A stretch of DNA of 63,620 bases, counting the filler, from Choristocarpus tenellus KU-1152 (Eukaryota > Protista > Phaeophyceae): the NCBI GenBank assembly GCA_964200185.2. It is 12 parts of 12 records of this genome, joined end to end, with 100 filler letters (N's around TTAATTAATTAA, not from the genome) between each part and the next. Parts side by side here need not be neighbours in the genome. Positions count along the whole stretch, not along the records: positions 58,513 to 63,620 come from CAXNAD020011844.1; 11 more parts are not named here. One strand, given 5' to 3'. Made by a program: the position numbers and the translations under genes. Each line of letters starts with the position of its first letter. The stretch's first letter is position 1. Below the pieces are notes generated by a model. It saw only the letters and a program-made list of their open reading frames with translations. It ran no database searches and had not been told where the DNA came from. Of the stretch, positions 60,818 to 63,620 are shown piece by piece.

Positions 60818-61564
60818 ATTTAAAGGGATTGAAATAAAACCGAGGAATATTATCTCATCAGTCTTACACCTGTCTATTATCGTTTTAGATATATAGATTT
60901 TGGAAGAAGTGGCGTAGCTCGCAGTCGTGCGATTTAGGGATCAGAATTCACGACACAATAGAAAGCTCCCTACATACCCAATCTACTACCCCAAAATAGC
61001 CATTTTTATGGGGATCACTGTTATCGTGAGTCTAGAAACTGCGCGAATATCCCTTAAAGTATTGCACTTGTTTACCAGTCCTTGTTTCGTTTGGAACCTT
61101 TGTAAAGATAGGTGTATATAGTACCTATCACTATGTGCAAAGCGGTAGATAATTGTAACTTTTATCATAACCCTCCCCTTCCCTTCTTCCTGCAGTGTTG
61201 TATCGCCATACTGCCCCCCTTTCTCTTCTACTTCGAAGTACCTTTGTAGTAATTTAAGAGGCTAGATTTTTTTGTTGGATCGTGTCGACTTGTAGATGTT
61301 TAAAAGGATCGCACAGCTGGCAGTAATTTGGTTTAGGGTGTGACAATTATCACAACTTACTCAGGTACCCAGGAAGGGATCACAATACCTTTCTTGGGTT
61401 GTTGGAATTGTACGACTTGCAAGCACAGCCAAGAAATGTACACCGTACTCCCACAAATGCGTGCTTGGTCCTTGTGCCTTGTGAAAAGCTCCGCTCTGCT
61501 TTGCGATAGCCGTTTTTCCATTGCTTAGTGATAGTAGTATGCCATCCCTGCCCTACATATTTCA

Positions 61565-61811
61565 GAGCCAAAATATTTTAGAGGGAAGGGCCGCGTCTAT
61601 TTTGGGGCCAAAGTCAAATGTTGCGATTTTGATGTAATGTTGACTATTGTGTTTGTTAGTAAGTGTCAACATCCTTGTTCTGGACACACCTTTTCATAAC
61701 GAATATATTTTACCTACTCCAAAACAGGAAAATGTCATAAAAACCCCCATGGGAAGCCAAGCCCCAAATGCACAAAAAGGGCAAAACTCGTACCCTCTAA
61801 GATACTTCCGC
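61565..61811 (-). mobile_element. MITE family 1, near complete, TSD TTCA
   Basis: GAGCCAAAATATTTTTAGAGGG ... TACCCTCTAAGATACTTCCGC; TTCA on both flanks. Confidence 0.9.
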
Positions 61812-63620
61812 TTCACCAAGGTGTAGAAGTTTCCAGAGATTACTTTTTTAGAGTTGGACCATCCCAATTGGAACTAAAATTTTTATTATTTCACCTTGGG
61901 GAGTAGTAGCACAAAAAACGGGGTTTGTACATACATATTATCTCTCTTAAACAGCCTACTAACCAAAACAATGTCCATACTACGTACCATCATACACATA
62001 TTCAATAGTATTGTAGTGGGTTATATACATAAATTAGATGTAACCTCCATCCTATGTTATTCCCTTGTGTTTTTTATCCGCACACTTACTCAGGGTGTGG
62101 GATCAGCTAAGATATTCAATATGCAAGTTCATCCTTCATACTAAGGAAATATATGAAGTATAGAGTTTTTTGCTAACCCCCAGACCCTACTCTTATTTTC
62201 CATAGATTCTCAAGCAACAAGAATATTTAATACTTCAGCACCCAGAATATTGGACATTGGTACCAGACGCAGATTCTAGACTTTGCGGTGCAGAAGAGTC
62301 CAACTCACTCAAGGTTTCTCTTCAATGAGGATGCCCTACGACTCCTTGTCTACGAGAATGCCTCTCCGAATATCTTGGGCAAAGGACGACTATATTTATA
62401 GCACCGTATCATGAAGCATAGAGAAGTGCTGATGCTCTGGTCATGCAGGTTTTGATTTTTCAATCCTTTGGTGTGGAGTCGGACAAGATCAAGTTGACGT
62501 AGCCCGACTTGGAATAGAAGCGTCACACACTTAGATTCAATTTTTCTGGAAACGTGCACCTTTGTTGCGGCACAACAATGGTGGTCACTCGCTTGTGCCC
62601 TTTGAGTCACGAACCTGCCTGCTTGCCTGTTTTTTTATCTATTGTGCTACTCTGAATTGGTACTATCACAATCCCTGTTTCTCTCAATTAACATCGTTTT
62701 TTTCCCAATAGCGACAGGAGATGTTTACAGGATCTCAGTGGTACTTGGTTCTTGCCTTTCTTTGAAGCACAGCTTGTGGCATCTTGACTTGTTCATGCAA
62801 GGATGGGGATATGTCAATATTTTTTCCATTTTTCTTCCTTTGATGTTTCCGTTTTATTATCGAGTGGGAGGTGCAGGTTTAGCTGTGGTGGGCTATTGGC
62901 GTGTAACTGTAATTCCTTACTGGGGGAGAGTTTGTCAAGAAGGCCACTGGAAAATAGTTTTTGCCTGGTAGTTTTGAGGCTCTGTCATTTTGTTCGCTGA
63001 GTTCTGGAGAAGTACACCTTTCAGGTGCAACGCGTTTATGTGCCCTTCTAGTCACGTAACTGACCGCTCCTTGTCTTGGTCTCAGATTGCTACCTACGAT
63101 TTCAAACCACTTTTTCCGTTCAAAATGAGCAGTGTATCCCGTTGGGGTGAGAGTTCTTGACAGGATATCCAATGTTGCTTGATTTTAACCTTTCTATGAG
63201 TTGTGTGTTTTTTCGAGTCACGTAGTAGTGTTTCTTGCATCTTCAACCTTACGACACCTGCATGTACCACGCCCCCAGCATGATGGTGTATATACTTTAT
63301 CGGATAACCTGCTAAATGGGTGATCTTCGACTCGGTAGAGCTAAGAGGCTTGCACGTCTCAGTTAACATCGATTTCCTCCAAAGAATGTCCTACTTGGGA
63401 CTAGATCACAACTGATATTGACACATAACGAACAACCCTTCAACGGTGAGATAGAGGGACACAGAGAGAAAACAAAAAATGAAACCCCTCACCATACATA
63501 TACGTCCGTTGACCATTTGATTGTGCTGGAATATATATATATATATATATATATATTTAAAGTGTCTAATGTGCTGCCTAATTAGAAAAATAATAAGGGT
63601 CAAAGTATCTGGGGGTGGGG

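Noticed and set aside
62250-63370. Possible Copia integrase/RT relic on the minus strand (PKIFGEA, GYPIKYI..GG)
   Set aside because: Motifs are too degenerate to support without a profile search.

Overview
Eukaryotic, intron-rich genomic DNA, most likely from a brown alga or a related photosynthetic stramenopile (inferred from a bipartite plastid presequence with an 'ASAF' motif, EsV-1-7 repeats and TTAGGG-type repeats). The window is not contiguous. It consists of 12 small contigs joined by 11 identical 100-bp linkers (44 N + TTAATTAATTAA + 44 N), so gene order across linkers is meaningless. Genes reconstructed exon by exon are a plastid beta-ketoacyl-ACP synthase (FabF-type), an AP-1 sigma subunit, a family-16-like methyltransferase, an EML-like WD40 protein, MAD2, an EsV-1-7 repeat protein, cysteinyl-tRNA synthetase and the last exon of IMPACT. 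All are truncated by contig ends or only partly recovered. The rest is a layered transposon landscape: a ~255-bp MITE with GAG termini and demonstrable 4-bp TSDs (Sola2-like), a related G-rich ~180-bp MITE found at many contig ends, CRE-like RLE non-LTR relics, gag-like relics, and possible hAT, mariner and Copia relics. I found no solid evidence of a wholly new biological system. The best leads are the Sola-like MITE pair (with nested insertions and reconstructable empty sites), two AAG|GCAAG non-canonical donors, and head-to-head gene pairs whose first coding exon is only ATG. All family assignments are by motif recognition, without database searches.
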